The notes below the pieces were generated by a model. That model made no database searches. It saw only the letters and a list, made by a program, of their open reading frames with translations, and was not told where the DNA came from. From contig JANQLJ010000032.1 of the NCBI GenBank assembly GCA_028280665.1, positions 1-49,981 on the forward strand: a stretch of 49,981 bases of DNA, given 5' to 3'. The translations under genes were made by a program, and so were the position numbers. How positions within the stretch are numbered: the first letter of the stretch is position 1; each line of letters starts with the position of its first letter. The DNA is from Alphaproteobacteria bacterium (GTDB lineage Bacteria; Pseudomonadota; Alphaproteobacteria; JAJFIK01). Shown here piece after piece: positions 41,301 through 49,981 of the stretch.

Positions 41301-43175
41301 GACACGCGCCTTACGGTGCGCGACGCGCTGGTGGGCGAGCTTTCCCTGCCGCGCTTCCTTGCGCCGGGGGACCAGGCCCTTGCGACCCTTTCTCTTCATA
41401 ATGTGGATGGCGCCCCGGGCCGCTACAACGCAGCGATCAGCGTTGCGGGCGGCATCGAAACAGAACGCGAAAACCTTGAGTTCGATCTTGGCAGCGGTGA
41501 GCGGCAAGAAGTCCACGTGCCGCTCGACGCAACGGAGATCGGTGTTGCCACGGTGGCGCTAGAGCTTTCAGGCCCTGGCGGGTTCACGCGCCGGCGCACT
41601 TGGCCCATCGAAGTGCGGCCTGCGCAGCGCATGGAGACGCGCGAAGAAATTGCCGTTTTCGGCGCGGGCGAAAGCTATGCAATCCCTGCGGATGCTGGCG
41701 CGGCGCTGATCCCGGCGACCGTGAACGTCTCGCTCTCGCTTTCAACAACGCGCGGGCTCGACACGGGCGGGCTTTTGCACGCGCTCGACCGTTATCCCTT
41801 CGGGTGCCTTGAACAGACTGTGAGCCGCGCCTATCCGCTTGTTTACTTTGGCGAGCTGGCGGAAAGCGCGGGCCTTGAAGCGGACGAAGGCCTTGACGTG
41901 CGCCTTCAAAACGCCGTCGACCGGGTGCTCGACATGCAGCGCTCGAACGGCGCGTTCGGCATGTGGGGGTATGCGGGGCCTGAAAGCGAAGCGTGGCTTT
42001 CGCTGTACGCCATCGACTTTTTGACCGAAGCGGACCGGCGCGGGCATGTGGTGCCGGACGATGCGGTGCGCCGGGGCCTCTCCTGGGCCGCGAATGTGGC
42101 GGGCAGCGCCTGGCGGGACAATCAAATCCGCGCCTATGCTTTCTATGTGCTCGCGCGCGAAGGCCGCGCGGTCCCCGGCGATCTGCGCTATTTCCACGAC
42201 ACCGCGCGCATGCAAATCGAAGACATAATGGCGCTTGCCCATCTGGGCGGCGCGCTCGACGCCATTGGCGACCGCGCCCGCGCGGCGGCGAGTTTTGACC
42301 GGGCCATCCGGCTTGCGCAGGAGGCGGTCCCCAGCGAGTACGCCGCCTACCGCTATGGCTCGCTTACCCGCGATGTGGCGGGGCTGACCACCATGGTGGC
42401 GCGCGGCGGCCGGCTGGGGCTTTTGCCCGCGCTCTTTGACCGGATTGGCGAGCTCGCGCCGCGCTTGCGCTACACGACGACGCAGGAAAAGGCGTGGCTT
42501 CTTTTCGCCGCCGACGCCTTGAGCCGGTCCGGCGCGGAGCTTGACGTTGCGGTTGAAAACGCAAGCCTCGTGACGGGCGAGGACCCGATGGTCATTCTTC
42601 CGACGGCGGAGGAATTTGGTGCGGGCGTCAGCACGGCGAACCGGGGCGGCGATATCTGGCGTAGCCTTGCAGTCGCGGGCGTTCCCGCCGCGCCGCAAGA
42701 CCCGGCGGCAAGCGGTCTTACTCTGAGGCGGCGTCACTTCAATCCCGAAGGCGCGCCCATTGATCTTGCCAATGTCCGGCAAAACGACCGGGTGGTGGTG
42801 CTGCTCACGGGCCGCATGGCCGACAATTACTACCGCGAAATGGTGGCGCTCGATCTTCTGTCCGCCGGGTTTGAGATCGAGTCGGTCATTTACAGCGGCG
42901 CCTATGACTGGCTGCCGGATCTGACGGCAACGCAAATCCAAGAAGCGCGCGACGACCGTTATGTGGCGGCGTTCAATATCGGCAACCGGTACAACCCCCT
43001 TGCGACCGATAGCGAGGATCGCCCGATCCGGCCTGAGTTTGCGGTGGCCTATCTCGCGCGCGCCATTACGCCCGGCACGTTCGTGCGCCCGCCGGCTTAC
43101 GTTGAGGATATGTATCAGCCGCGCGTGGCGGCGCGCACGGCGATGATGAGACTGGTGGTCAGCGCGGGAGAGTAA
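38334..43175 (+). CDS. Bacterial alpha-2-macroglobulin (YfhM-like)
   Basis: TDRGIYRPGE, LAAVD.GIL.LT, thioester YPFGCLEQ and TTQEKAW. GGAGG lies before the ATG at 38334, and pbpC is adjacent. Confidence 0.95.
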   Translation: MQRRLSLYLIIGVATLALLTWFFFTQPWQGGGGPSIPSGGQEIAGETAGAPPATYAFIRLEVDTSSNTPEACLVFSEPLDGDGSVTYEDYLAITPAAKPSLRVAGSLLCIGGLSFNQTYQVTLRQGLPAASGNVTPADEIVPVELRDRPPAAAFGGGVILPRDAGGAIPVTTVNIDTLSIRVLRVGDRLLSQLRQGLLDETQLYRYDANNIENERGALVWQGEMEIESVPNESVVTRFPISEVLGDAGPGAYLVLAEDAGESDSTGNYWRGTAAQWVIETNLGLTTFLGAGGLNVFVRSLSSARNLRNVELTLIARNNDILATRETGANGAARFEEGFTRGRGGLEPVAVMAYGPDGDFAFLDLRRPAFDFSDRGVSGRATPGPIDAFLYTDRGIYRPGETVQLVTLLRNRNAEALGDVPLTLVVTRPDGVEFRRETVNEQQAGAVHFPVTLSRTARHGLWRAAAYVDTDAAPVGQVRFEVQDFVPERLEVTASPREAVLTAGDDIAIDVRARFLYGAPAANMSGEAELRLEHDREPFEGFEDFHFGRVEEALDASFRPLDMAPTDRAGETVAAGSLVGLPPTTWPLAGRVRVAVFEPGGRSSQTLTDIAIRTGEAYIGIRSAFEGRFVREGAQAAFDLIAVDREGARIPARDLSWEIVREVRNYQWYEVNGQWRFEPIIRDRPVRAGTVSIGTDEFAGITEALPWGTYRLIVSDAAGEASTSVRFYSGWWGASSPDRPDQLVVTASADRFALGGRAEITIRPEQAGPALIVIANDRVIETRHVNVPAEGRRVRFDVTEEWGAGAYALVTHYRALGDGNPRAPVRSVGVAYLDVDHEARVLDVSIEAPGITAPQTRIEVPVEVANLGGEAAFLTLAAVDQGILQLTGFEPPNPEDHYFGRRRLGIDMRDDYGRLIQAQEGALGAIRSGGDAALGSAGLNVVPTRTVALFSGLVELDADGRAIVPLDIPDFAGELRLMAVAVSETRVGQADTRLTVRDALVGELSLPRFLAPGDQALATLSLHNVDGAPGRYNAAISVAGGIETERENLEFDLGSGERQEVHVPLDATEIGVATVALELSGPGGFTRRRTWPIEVRPAQRMETREEIAVFGAGESYAIPADAGAALIPATVNVSLSLSTTRGLDTGGLLHALDRYPFGCLEQTVSRAYPLVYFGELAESAGLEADEGLDVRLQNAVDRVLDMQRSNGAFGMWGYAGPESEAWLSLYAIDFLTEADRRGHVVPDDAVRRGLSWAANVAGSAWRDNQIRAYAFYVLAREGRAVPGDLRYFHDTARMQIEDIMALAHLGGALDAIGDRARAAASFDRAIRLAQEAVPSEYAAYRYGSLTRDVAGLTTMVARGGRLGLLPALFDRIGELAPRLRYTTTQEKAWLLFAADALSRSGAELDVAVENASLVTGEDPMVILPTAEEFGAGVSTANRGGDIWRSLAVAGVPAAPQDPAASGLTLRRRHFNPEGAPIDLANVRQNDRVVVLLTGRMADNYYREMVALDLLSAGFEIESVIYSGAYDWLPDLTATQIQEARDDRYVAAFNIGNRYNPLATDSEDRPIRPEFAVAYLARAITPGTFVRPPAYVEDMYQPRVAARTAMMRLVVSAGE

Positions 43176-43180
43176 GAGAT

Positions 43181-45265
43181 ATGCTCCGTAAGCTGATCAA
43201 AAATGGGAAGCTCGTGGCCGCGGGTCTGGCCGCGGCTGCCGTGCTTTTGATCGGTCTCGATCTTCTTTTTCCGCCCAGCCTTGCCCGCTATGAGGAACGC
43301 TCCGATCTCGTGCTCGATGCGGAGGGCGGCATCTTGCGCGCCTTTACCACATCCGACGGGATGTGGCGGCTGCCGGTCAGGGCGGAGGGGGTCGATCCGA
43401 ACTACCTTGCCGCACTGATCGCCTATGAAGACCAGCGGTTCTACGCCCACCCGGGCGTCGATCCCCTGGCAATTGTGCGGGCGGGCCTTCAATGGGCACG
43501 CCATGGCCGCATCGTTTCGGGCGCTTCGACCATCACCATGCAGACCGTACGCTTGCTTGAGCCGCGCCCGCGCACCCTTGGTGCAAAACTGATCGAGGCC
43601 GTGCGCGCGGTTCAGCTCGAACGGCGGCGCTCGAAGGCCGAGATTCTTTCCATTTATCTCACCCTCGCGCCTTTTGGGGGCAACCTTGAAGGCGTGCGCG
43701 CCGCCTCGCTTGCGTATTTTGGCAAGGAACCCGCGGAGCTGACGGTGGCGCAAGCGGCCCTGCTGGTGGCGCTGCCTCAATCACCCGAACGGCTCCGGCC
43801 CGATCGCCACCCGGAAGAAGCGGCCCGCGCGCGCGAACGGGTGCTGCGGCTGCTGGCGGATCGCGGTGCGATAACGCACGTCCATGCGCAAGAAGCGGGC
43901 GAAGACCCGGTGCCCATGGCGCGGGCGGCACTTCCGTTTCGTGCGCCCCGGCTTGCGCGCGCCTTGCGGAGCGGCGGCGGCGGGACGCCCGTGCGCACAT
44001 ATATTGAGCCCCGGCTTCAGGCCCAGGTCGAACGTATTGCCGAGGATACCGCGGCGGGTTTCGATGACGGGGTGAGCGTTGCGGTGATCGTGGTCGAGAA
44101 TGCAACTCGCCGCGTGATCGCTTATGCGGGCGGCACTGATTTCTGGGGGCCGGAAGGGCAGGTGGACCTTGCCCGCGCGGTGCGCTCCCCCGGCTCCACG
44201 CTCAAGCCTTTCATTTACGGGCTGGCGTTTGACGATCTCGCGCTTCATCCCGAAACGCTGATTGCCGATCAGGCAAGTGTTTTCGGAACCTATGCGCCGC
44301 AGAATTTCGACCGCGATTTTCTGGGCGATGTCACCGTGCGCACGGCGCTTCAGCAGTCCCTCAACGTGCCCGCGGTCATGGTGCTCGATGGGGTTGGGCC
44401 CATGCGCCTTGCCGCGCGGCTGCGCCAGGCGGGGGTGCGGCTTGAGTTCGGCAGTCTCGGCGGGGCGCCGTCTCTTCCGCTTGCGTTGGGGGGCGTGGGG
44501 ATCAGTCTTCAGGGCCTGACCATGCTTTATGCGGGATTAGCGGATGGCGGAACCGTCCGCCCACTGATTTTCTCAGAGGGAGAACCGACGCAAGCGGGGC
44601 AACGCCTTATGGGTGCGGCGGCGGCGTGGTACGTCTCTGATATTCTTGAAGGCGCGCCGCTTCCCCCGGGACGCGGACAAGGGCGCGGCCATGTGCAGGC
44701 GGGCGCGATTGCCTTCAAGACCGGCACGTCTTACGGATACCGCGATGCCTGGGCCGTGGGCTATAGCGCCGCTTATACGGTTGGCATTTGGGTTGGCCGC
44801 GCTGACGGCTCGCCCCGGGCCGGGCTCTATGGCCGCAGTACGGCGGCGCCGGTGCTCTTTCAGATTTTCGATCAACTGCCGCAAGCCGCCGCGCCGCGCA
44901 CGGCTCCTGAAGGCGTTCTTGAGGTTGCCGCACGGGAAGACCTGCCCCCCGCCATGCGGCGCTACCGCCCGCCGGGCCTTTGGGCCGGTGCTTCGGGTGC
45001 GGAGGAACGCCCGCCCCCGCGCATTGCTTTTCCGCCGGAAGGCGCGACGCTCGATCTTTCGGGGGTTGCCGCGCCCGGATTGCCTCTCCGCGCGCTCGGC
45101 GGAACGCCGCCCTTGCGCTGGATGGTGAATGGCGAGGTGCTGGCCGCAACGGAAACGTTTGAGCCCACGGTATGGCAGGCAGCCGCGCCCGGCTTTGCGG
45201 ACATCACCGTGATCGATGCCGAAGGCCGCAGCGATCAAAGCCAGGTCCGGGTCGCCTTGCACTGA
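43181..45265 (+). CDS. pbpC: Penicillin-binding protein 1C
   Basis: EDQRFY.HPGVD, SGASTITMQ, RSPGSTLKPF, SLN and KTGTSYGYRDAW, with a C-terminal beta domain; follows the A2M gene. Confidence 0.96.
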   Translation: MLRKLIKNGKLVAAGLAAAAVLLIGLDLLFPPSLARYEERSDLVLDAEGGILRAFTTSDGMWRLPVRAEGVDPNYLAALIAYEDQRFYAHPGVDPLAIVRAGLQWARHGRIVSGASTITMQTVRLLEPRPRTLGAKLIEAVRAVQLERRRSKAEILSIYLTLAPFGGNLEGVRAASLAYFGKEPAELTVAQAALLVALPQSPERLRPDRHPEEAARARERVLRLLADRGAITHVHAQEAGEDPVPMARAALPFRAPRLARALRSGGGGTPVRTYIEPRLQAQVERIAEDTAAGFDDGVSVAVIVVENATRRVIAYAGGTDFWGPEGQVDLARAVRSPGSTLKPFIYGLAFDDLALHPETLIADQASVFGTYAPQNFDRDFLGDVTVRTALQQSLNVPAVMVLDGVGPMRLAARLRQAGVRLEFGSLGGAPSLPLALGGVGISLQGLTMLYAGLADGGTVRPLIFSEGEPTQAGQRLMGAAAAWYVSDILEGAPLPPGRGQGRGHVQAGAIAFKTGTSYGYRDAWAVGYSAAYTVGIWVGRADGSPRAGLYGRSTAAPVLFQIFDQLPQAAAPRTAPEGVLEVAAREDLPPAMRRYRPPGLWAGASGAEERPPPRIAFPPEGATLDLSGVAAPGLPLRALGGTPPLRWMVNGEVLAATETFEPTVWQAAAPGFADITVIDAEGRSDQSQVRVALH

Positions 45266-45296
45266 AAAGAAAACCCCGCCGATACGCAGGCGGGGT
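45266..45296 (-). terminator. Intrinsic terminator with its U-tract on the minus strand (possibly bidirectional)
   Basis: On the minus strand: ACCCCGCC TGCGTATC GGCGGGGT followed by TTTCTTTT. Confidence 0.75.
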
Positions 45297-45571
45297 GCTT
45301 GAGTGATCTGATGACGCCGTCAGGCGCCCGCGATCGGTTACACTGACCCCCTTATGCCAGAAGATTTTTCCCGTTCGATTAAGCAGATCGCTCAATACTC
45401 CGGCCGCGGATTAATCGGGCGCTAAGGGATGTTTCAAAAGCGTTGCGATAGGGCGCTTATCTGTGCCAGCGCGGGACAGGGCGGCGGCACGGCCCCATCG
45501 GCCGGCCGAAAACTCAATGGATTCAAGGCCCCTTGCAGCGTCTGGGCGTTTGCTGTTCAATGCCGCCCGTT

Positions 45572-45759
45572 GTGACGGTCTTCCGAAAGGAAGCGAAAAG
45601 GGAACGCAGAACACGCCCCCCAGGGGCCAAGCTGCGGCTGTACCCGCAACTGTGAACCGGCGAGTTCACCCGCATAACGCCACTGAGGCCTTGGGCCTTG
45701 GGAAGGCGCGGGGAAATTAAACGAACGCTTGAGCCGGAAGCCAGGAGACCTGCCGTCGC
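45572..45759 (+). ncRNA. Cobalamin riboswitch
   Basis: AAAAGGGAA, CCCGCAACTGT, GCCACTG...GGGAAGGC and B12 box AGCCAGGAGACCTGCC; P1 GTGACGG/CCGTCGC. It lies upstream of a TonB receptor and is preceded by TTGCAG-N17-TTCAAT. Confidence 0.95.
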
Positions 45760-45958
45760 TGTCGTCCACCCGCGGCCGGGATATGCCGGGGGAGCGGTCC
45801 ATCCGTAGCGGCGACACCTTTGTGTGAGCTGGCTGTGGTGGGGACCCTCGGGGGATGGATCTCTATTTTTATTTTCAAAAACCGGCGGCGCGCTGTTTCT
45901 TTGCGCGCGTGGTGTTCCGCCTGCCTGCTCGTCTGCAACTACGAGAAAGGACAGGAAC

Positions 45959-47866
45959 ATGAGGAAAGTTGTATCAATTGCATTGGCGGCGCCCCTGGCG
46001 GCAGCGTGTTTTTACGCGGAACCCGCATGGGCGAACTCTAGTGAGAGCAATGCTGAGGAAGAGGCCGAGACCTTTGTTATCTCCGCAAACCGCCGGGCGG
46101 TGCCCTTGCGCGAGGTAGGTTCAAGCGTCTCTATAGTGACGGCGGAAGAACTCGAAGCCCAAGGCATCTTTTACGTCGAAGAGGCGCTGCGCCGCCTTCC
46201 CGGCGTGCAGGCTTCGTCAAGCGGCGCCCGCGGCGGGCAAGTGGCGGTGCGTCTGCGCGGGGAGGAAAGCTACCGCACTCTGGTGCTCATTGACGGGATT
46301 CGTGTCTCCGACGCCGCCTTGCCGCAGGCCGCAGTGAACTTCGGCAATCTGACCGTGACCGCCATTGACCGCATCGAAGTCTTGCGCGGTCCCCAGGCGC
46401 TTCATTATGGCGCCGATGCCATCGGCGGGGTGATCAATATCGTGACGCGCCGGGGGCGTGAACGGGCGGCGAGCCTGTCCGCCGAGGCGGGCAGCTTCGA
46501 GACCTATGCGGTTAGGGGCTACGTGGGCGGGTCGGTGAATGCCTTTGACTTCGCCCTAAGCGGCGACTGGTCGCGCACGGACGGTATCTCCGCCAAGGTG
46601 GAAGACCCTTCCGTCGCCGACGATGACGGCTACCGCAATCTCACATTGCATGGTGTCGCGGGGTTTCAAGTGAGCGACGGCACACGGCTTGAGGTGGTGG
46701 CGCGGTTTATGGACGCTTACGCGCAATTCGACGGCTTTTTGTTCGATCCCGACCGGGACCTTCTCACCGAAGAGTTTGCCGCGCGTGTCTCCCTCGCCAC
46801 TGACGAGATTAGCGGCCCGGTGCGTCACGAGATCGCCTATAACTTCTTTCAGTCGCAACGCCGCGATCTCGACGGTGGTCTACCTACGGAGGATTTCTTC
46901 GGCACGCCCATTTCCCGGTTTGATGGAGAGCGCCATGAGATCGAATACATCGCAACGCTTTCCCATGCGAACGGCCACGGGTTTACCGCGGGCGCCACAT
47001 ACCGGACCGAAGACGTTGAAACCGATAGTCTGAGTGATACGACATCGGCGCTGGCGGCCTTTGCGGAATGGCAAGCGGAATGGAACGGACGGTTTTTCAC
47101 GACCTTGGGCGCACGCTTCGATGCGCCGGAGGATTATGGAAACCATTTCTCACTGCGCGCGACCACGGCCTATCTTCTGCGCGTGACGCCGGGGGGCGAA
47201 ACCAAGCTCCGCGCCAGTGCCGGGACCGGCTTTCGCGCGCCCAGCGCGTTTGAGCGCGCGCGGAACGCCAGCGCCGGGCTACCGGGTCTTGAGGAGGAAA
47301 CGGGCATTGGTTTCGATGTGGGCATCGATCATGGATTTTGGGAGGACCGTGCGCGCATGTCGCTCACTTACTTTGATCAGCGCATCGAAGATGAAATCCG
47401 CTTCGACAATGTGGGTTTTACGGGATACTTCCAATCTTCCGGTACATCCCATGCGCGTGGGGTGGAGGCAAGCTTTGAGGCGGAGCTGACGCCCCAGATC
47501 ACGCTCAGCGGCGGCTATACCTACACCGATGCCACGGTCAATTCGCCCGATGCGGAAGACGGTCTCCCCCGCGTGCGGCGGCCCAGGCATCTCGGCTCGG
47601 CCGATCTTGACTATGTGGGAGAGGGCGAGCGGTTGCGGCTCAACGTCAATTTGCGCGGCGCGGCCGACGCCGAAGACGGGTTTCGCGAGTTTCGCACGGA
47701 CCTTGATGATTACTTCGTGCTGGGCGCGGCTGCATCTTATGAGGTAGCCAATGGCGTTGAGCTGACCTTGCGCGGCACCAATCTTACGGACCGTCAGTAC
47801 CAAGAGGTTTCAGGGTTCTCAACGCCGGGCCGTGCGGGGTTTGCCGGCATCAGGCTGAGGTATTGA
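45959..47866 (+). CDS. btuB: TonB-dependent receptor, probably for cobalamin
   Basis: Signal peptide, TonB-box-like ETFVISA, plug IDRIEVLRGPQ..YGADAIGGVINI and C-terminal aromatic residue; riboswitch upstream. Confidence 0.88.
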   Translation: MRKVVSIALAAPLAAACFYAEPAWANSSESNAEEEAETFVISANRRAVPLREVGSSVSIVTAEELEAQGIFYVEEALRRLPGVQASSSGARGGQVAVRLRGEESYRTLVLIDGIRVSDAALPQAAVNFGNLTVTAIDRIEVLRGPQALHYGADAIGGVINIVTRRGRERAASLSAEAGSFETYAVRGYVGGSVNAFDFALSGDWSRTDGISAKVEDPSVADDDGYRNLTLHGVAGFQVSDGTRLEVVARFMDAYAQFDGFLFDPDRDLLTEEFAARVSLATDEISGPVRHEIAYNFFQSQRRDLDGGLPTEDFFGTPISRFDGERHEIEYIATLSHANGHGFTAGATYRTEDVETDSLSDTTSALAAFAEWQAEWNGRFFTTLGARFDAPEDYGNHFSLRATTAYLLRVTPGGETKLRASAGTGFRAPSAFERARNASAGLPGLEEETGIGFDVGIDHGFWEDRARMSLTYFDQRIEDEIRFDNVGFTGYFQSSGTSHARGVEASFEAELTPQITLSGGYTYTDATVNSPDAEDGLPRVRRPRHLGSADLDYVGEGERLRLNVNLRGAADAEDGFREFRTDLDDYFVLGAAASYEVANGVELTLRGTNLTDRQYQEVSGFSTPGRAGFAGIRLRY

Positions 47867-47867
47867 G

Positions 47868-48731
47868 GTGAAAGGCGCGGGCGCAATCGGGGCCGGTATG
47901 GCAGCGTGGCTTTCGGTCACTGCCGCAATGGCGGATCCTTTGCCCCGCGCCGCCTCGGTTTCAGTGTGTACGGATCAATACCTCTTGAGCCTTGCAGGCC
48001 CATCGCAAGTCGCTGCGGTCTCCTGGCAAGCGGCGGCGGCGCGCTCGCCCGTCCGTCACCTGGCGGGCGGGTATCCGCAAATCCGCGGGGTGGCGGAGGA
48101 GATCATCGGTGCGGGTGCGGGCCTTGTGATCTTCGATCCTTACGGCCATCCGGAAACCGCGCGGCGGCTGGAAGGGCTCGGAAGCCAAGTTGTACGGCTG
48201 GAAGATGCGGTGACTGTGGCCGATGTGCAAGGCGAGGTGTACCGCATCGCAGATGTTCTCGGCCAGCCCGTGCGCGGGGCAGCACTCGCGGGCGAGCTGG
48301 AACGGCGGCGGCGCGCACTTGAAAGTTTGCAAGGCGGTATGGCGCCCATGGCGCCTATGGCGCTTTATGTTTCGCCCGGCGGCGGCGGTGCGGGCGCTGA
48401 GACTTATGTGGATGAGGTGTTGCGCCTTGCGGGTTTTCGCAATCTGCAAGCGGAGTTGGGATATACCGGCTGGCAGCGCGTGCCCTTGGAGGATCTTGTG
48501 CGCCGCCCGCCGGATGTGTTCGTCATGAGCTTTTTTGAAACAAGCGATCCTTCATTGCTTGATGGTTTCGCGCGGCATCCCTTGTTTCGCCGTATGCTGA
48601 ACGAGACGCCCCGTATCGCCGTGCCCGCCGCCGCGTGGGTCTGCGCCGGCCCTTACATGCTCGACGCAGCCGAGCTTCTGGCCGCCGAGCGGCGACGGCT
48701 CTTCGTCGAGAGTGCGGGGGGCGGGCCATGA
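47868..48731 (+). CDS. btuF: Cobalamin/iron ABC substrate-binding protein
   Basis: SVSVCTDQYLL and a C-terminal WVCAGP Cys pair, typical of alphaproteobacterial BtuF-like proteins; operon context. Confidence 0.8.
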   Translation: MKGAGAIGAGMAAWLSVTAAMADPLPRAASVSVCTDQYLLSLAGPSQVAAVSWQAAAARSPVRHLAGGYPQIRGVAEEIIGAGAGLVIFDPYGHPETARRLEGLGSQVVRLEDAVTVADVQGEVYRIADVLGQPVRGAALAGELERRRRALESLQGGMAPMAPMALYVSPGGGGAGAETYVDEVLRLAGFRNLQAELGYTGWQRVPLEDLVRRPPDVFVMSFFETSDPSLLDGFARHPLFRRMLNETPRIAVPAAAWVCAGPYMLDAAELLAAERRRLFVESAGGGP

Positions 48732-49714
48732 AGGTGATCCTTATACTGATTGCCTTGGTTTCTGCACTTTTTGCCACCTCGCTCGCGTGGGGCTATGCGG
48801 AGATCGGCGTGGGCGCGGCGCTCCTGGGCGTTGTTGGCGTGGGTGAGCCCCATCATGTGCTCATCGCGCAGGAACTCCGGCTGCCCCGCGCGCTCCTTGC
48901 GCTGACCATCGGCGCGGCGCTTGGGCTTTGCGGGGCGGCGCTCCAGGGACTTTTGCGCAACCCCCTCGCCGAGCCCGGCAATATTGGCGTCACCTCCGGC
49001 GCGGCGCTCGGCGCGGTTATCATGCTCTATTTCGGCGTTGCGGGATTTACCGCCTGGGCGCTTCCCGCAGGCGCGATGGCAGGCGCAGGCGCCGTCGTCG
49101 TGCTGATTTTTTTGCTCGCCAGCATCGAAGGCAGCACCACCGCGCTCATACTCGCGGGCGTTGCCATTAGCTCCATCGCCATGGCGCTTACCGCGCTTGC
49201 CATGAACCTCTCGCCCAACCCTTGGGCCTTGGGGGAGATCGTCTTTTGGCTCATGGGCTCGGTGCGCGACCGTTCCATGGCCGACGTCGTTCTCTCGCTG
49301 CCGTTTATTGCGCTTGGCGCCGCACTCATTTTGTCGACCGCGCGCAGCCTTGATGCGCTCGTTCTCGGCGAAGATACCGCCGGCTCGCTGGGTGTTGCGC
49401 TTACATCGGTCCGCGTAAGGATTATTCTGGGGACCGCGCTCGCCGTGGGCGCAGGGGTTGCGGTGGCAGGCGCCATCGGGTTTGTCGGGTTGATCGTGCC
49501 CCATGTGTTGCGGCCTTTTACCGGCTATGTGCCAAGCCGGTTGCTTTTGCCGAGCGCCCTAGGCGGCGGCGCGCTCTTGCTGCTTGCGGATATCGGCGTG
49601 CGCGCCCTTAGCAATTGGACCGGCACGGAGCTTTATCTGGGCGTGTTGACCGCTATCATCGGCGGACCGTTCTTTATCTACCTTATATTCCGTATACGGC
49701 GAGGATTTGTGTAA
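48728..49714 (+). CDS. btuC: FecCD/BtuC-family ABC permease
   Basis: LRLPRALL, LQGLLRNPLAEP, LGEDTAGSLG and IGFVGLIVPH. Confidence 0.88.
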   Translation: MKVILILIALVSALFATSLAWGYAEIGVGAALLGVVGVGEPHHVLIAQELRLPRALLALTIGAALGLCGAALQGLLRNPLAEPGNIGVTSGAALGAVIMLYFGVAGFTAWALPAGAMAGAGAVVVLIFLLASIEGSTTALILAGVAISSIAMALTALAMNLSPNPWALGEIVFWLMGSVRDRSMADVVLSLPFIALGAALILSTARSLDALVLGEDTAGSLGVALTSVRVRIILGTALAVGAGVAVAGAIGFVGLIVPHVLRPFTGYVPSRLLLPSALGGGALLLLADIGVRALSNWTGTELYLGVLTAIIGGPFFIYLIFRIRRGFV

Positions 49715-49981
49715 TGAACCTCGCGGTGCAAAATCTTTCATTGCGGCTTGAGGGCCGGACGGTCCTCAAAGGGATCGAGGGCGCGTGGGCGCGAGGTCTG
49801 GTGGGATTGATCGGCCCCAATGGGGCAGGCAAGTCGAGCCTCATGCGCGTGCTTGCGGGGCTATGGCGGCCGACCGAAGGCGAGGTTTTGCTCGGCGGCG
49901 CGGCGCTCGGTTCCCTAGGCGCGCGGGCGCGCGCCCGGCGGCTTTCGTTTTTACCCCCCGAACGGGATATGACCTGGCCCC
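49714..49981 (+). CDS. btuD: ABC ATP-binding protein, truncated at the window end
   Basis: Hand-translated: MNLAVQNLSLRLEGRTVLKG...LIGPNGAGKSSLMR. Coupled to the permease by TAATG. Confidence 0.85.
   Translation, partial: MNLAVQNLSLRLEGRTVLKGIEGAWARGLVGLIGPNGAGKSSLMRVLAGLWRPTEGEVLLGGAALGSLGARARARRLSFLPPERDMTWP

Noticed and set aside
45308-45335. Hammerhead ribozyme: CTGATGA followed by a CGCC/GGCG stem
   Set aside because: The required GAAA after stem II is absent.

Overview
GC-rich alphaproteobacterial chromosomal window, mostly core genome. It begins with the conserved coaBC-ubiB-ubiE / mutM / rpsT / dnaA-dnaN-recF-gyrB block. Next come cell-wall and redox genes: a class A PBP, an M48-like protease, a VOC protein, phaZ, SCO, an ankyrin protein, an ABC-2 exporter, regB-regA and mmcB. 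A putative lipid-handling group follows: a ferritin-like diiron enzyme divergent from an MMPL/RND transporter carrying a ~170-aa insert, then TerB-like, HAD and AhpD-like genes. A split biotin cluster (bioAB | bioFD) surrounds two tandem secreted S9 peptidases. The window ends with alpha-2-macroglobulin/pbpC and a cobalamin riboswitch-controlled btuB-F-C-D operon. I saw no mobile element, CRISPR array, tRNA or rRNA. The best leads are: (i) the diiron/MMPL divergent pair, with a twin TGACG-N4-CGTCA operator and an inserted domain; (ii) the S9 peptidase pair inside the biotin cluster; (iii) an orphan minus-strand terminator suggesting a small RNA upstream of the B12 riboswitch; (iv) several apparently leaderless genes. 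All calls come from motif recognition by eye; no searches or folding computations were run.
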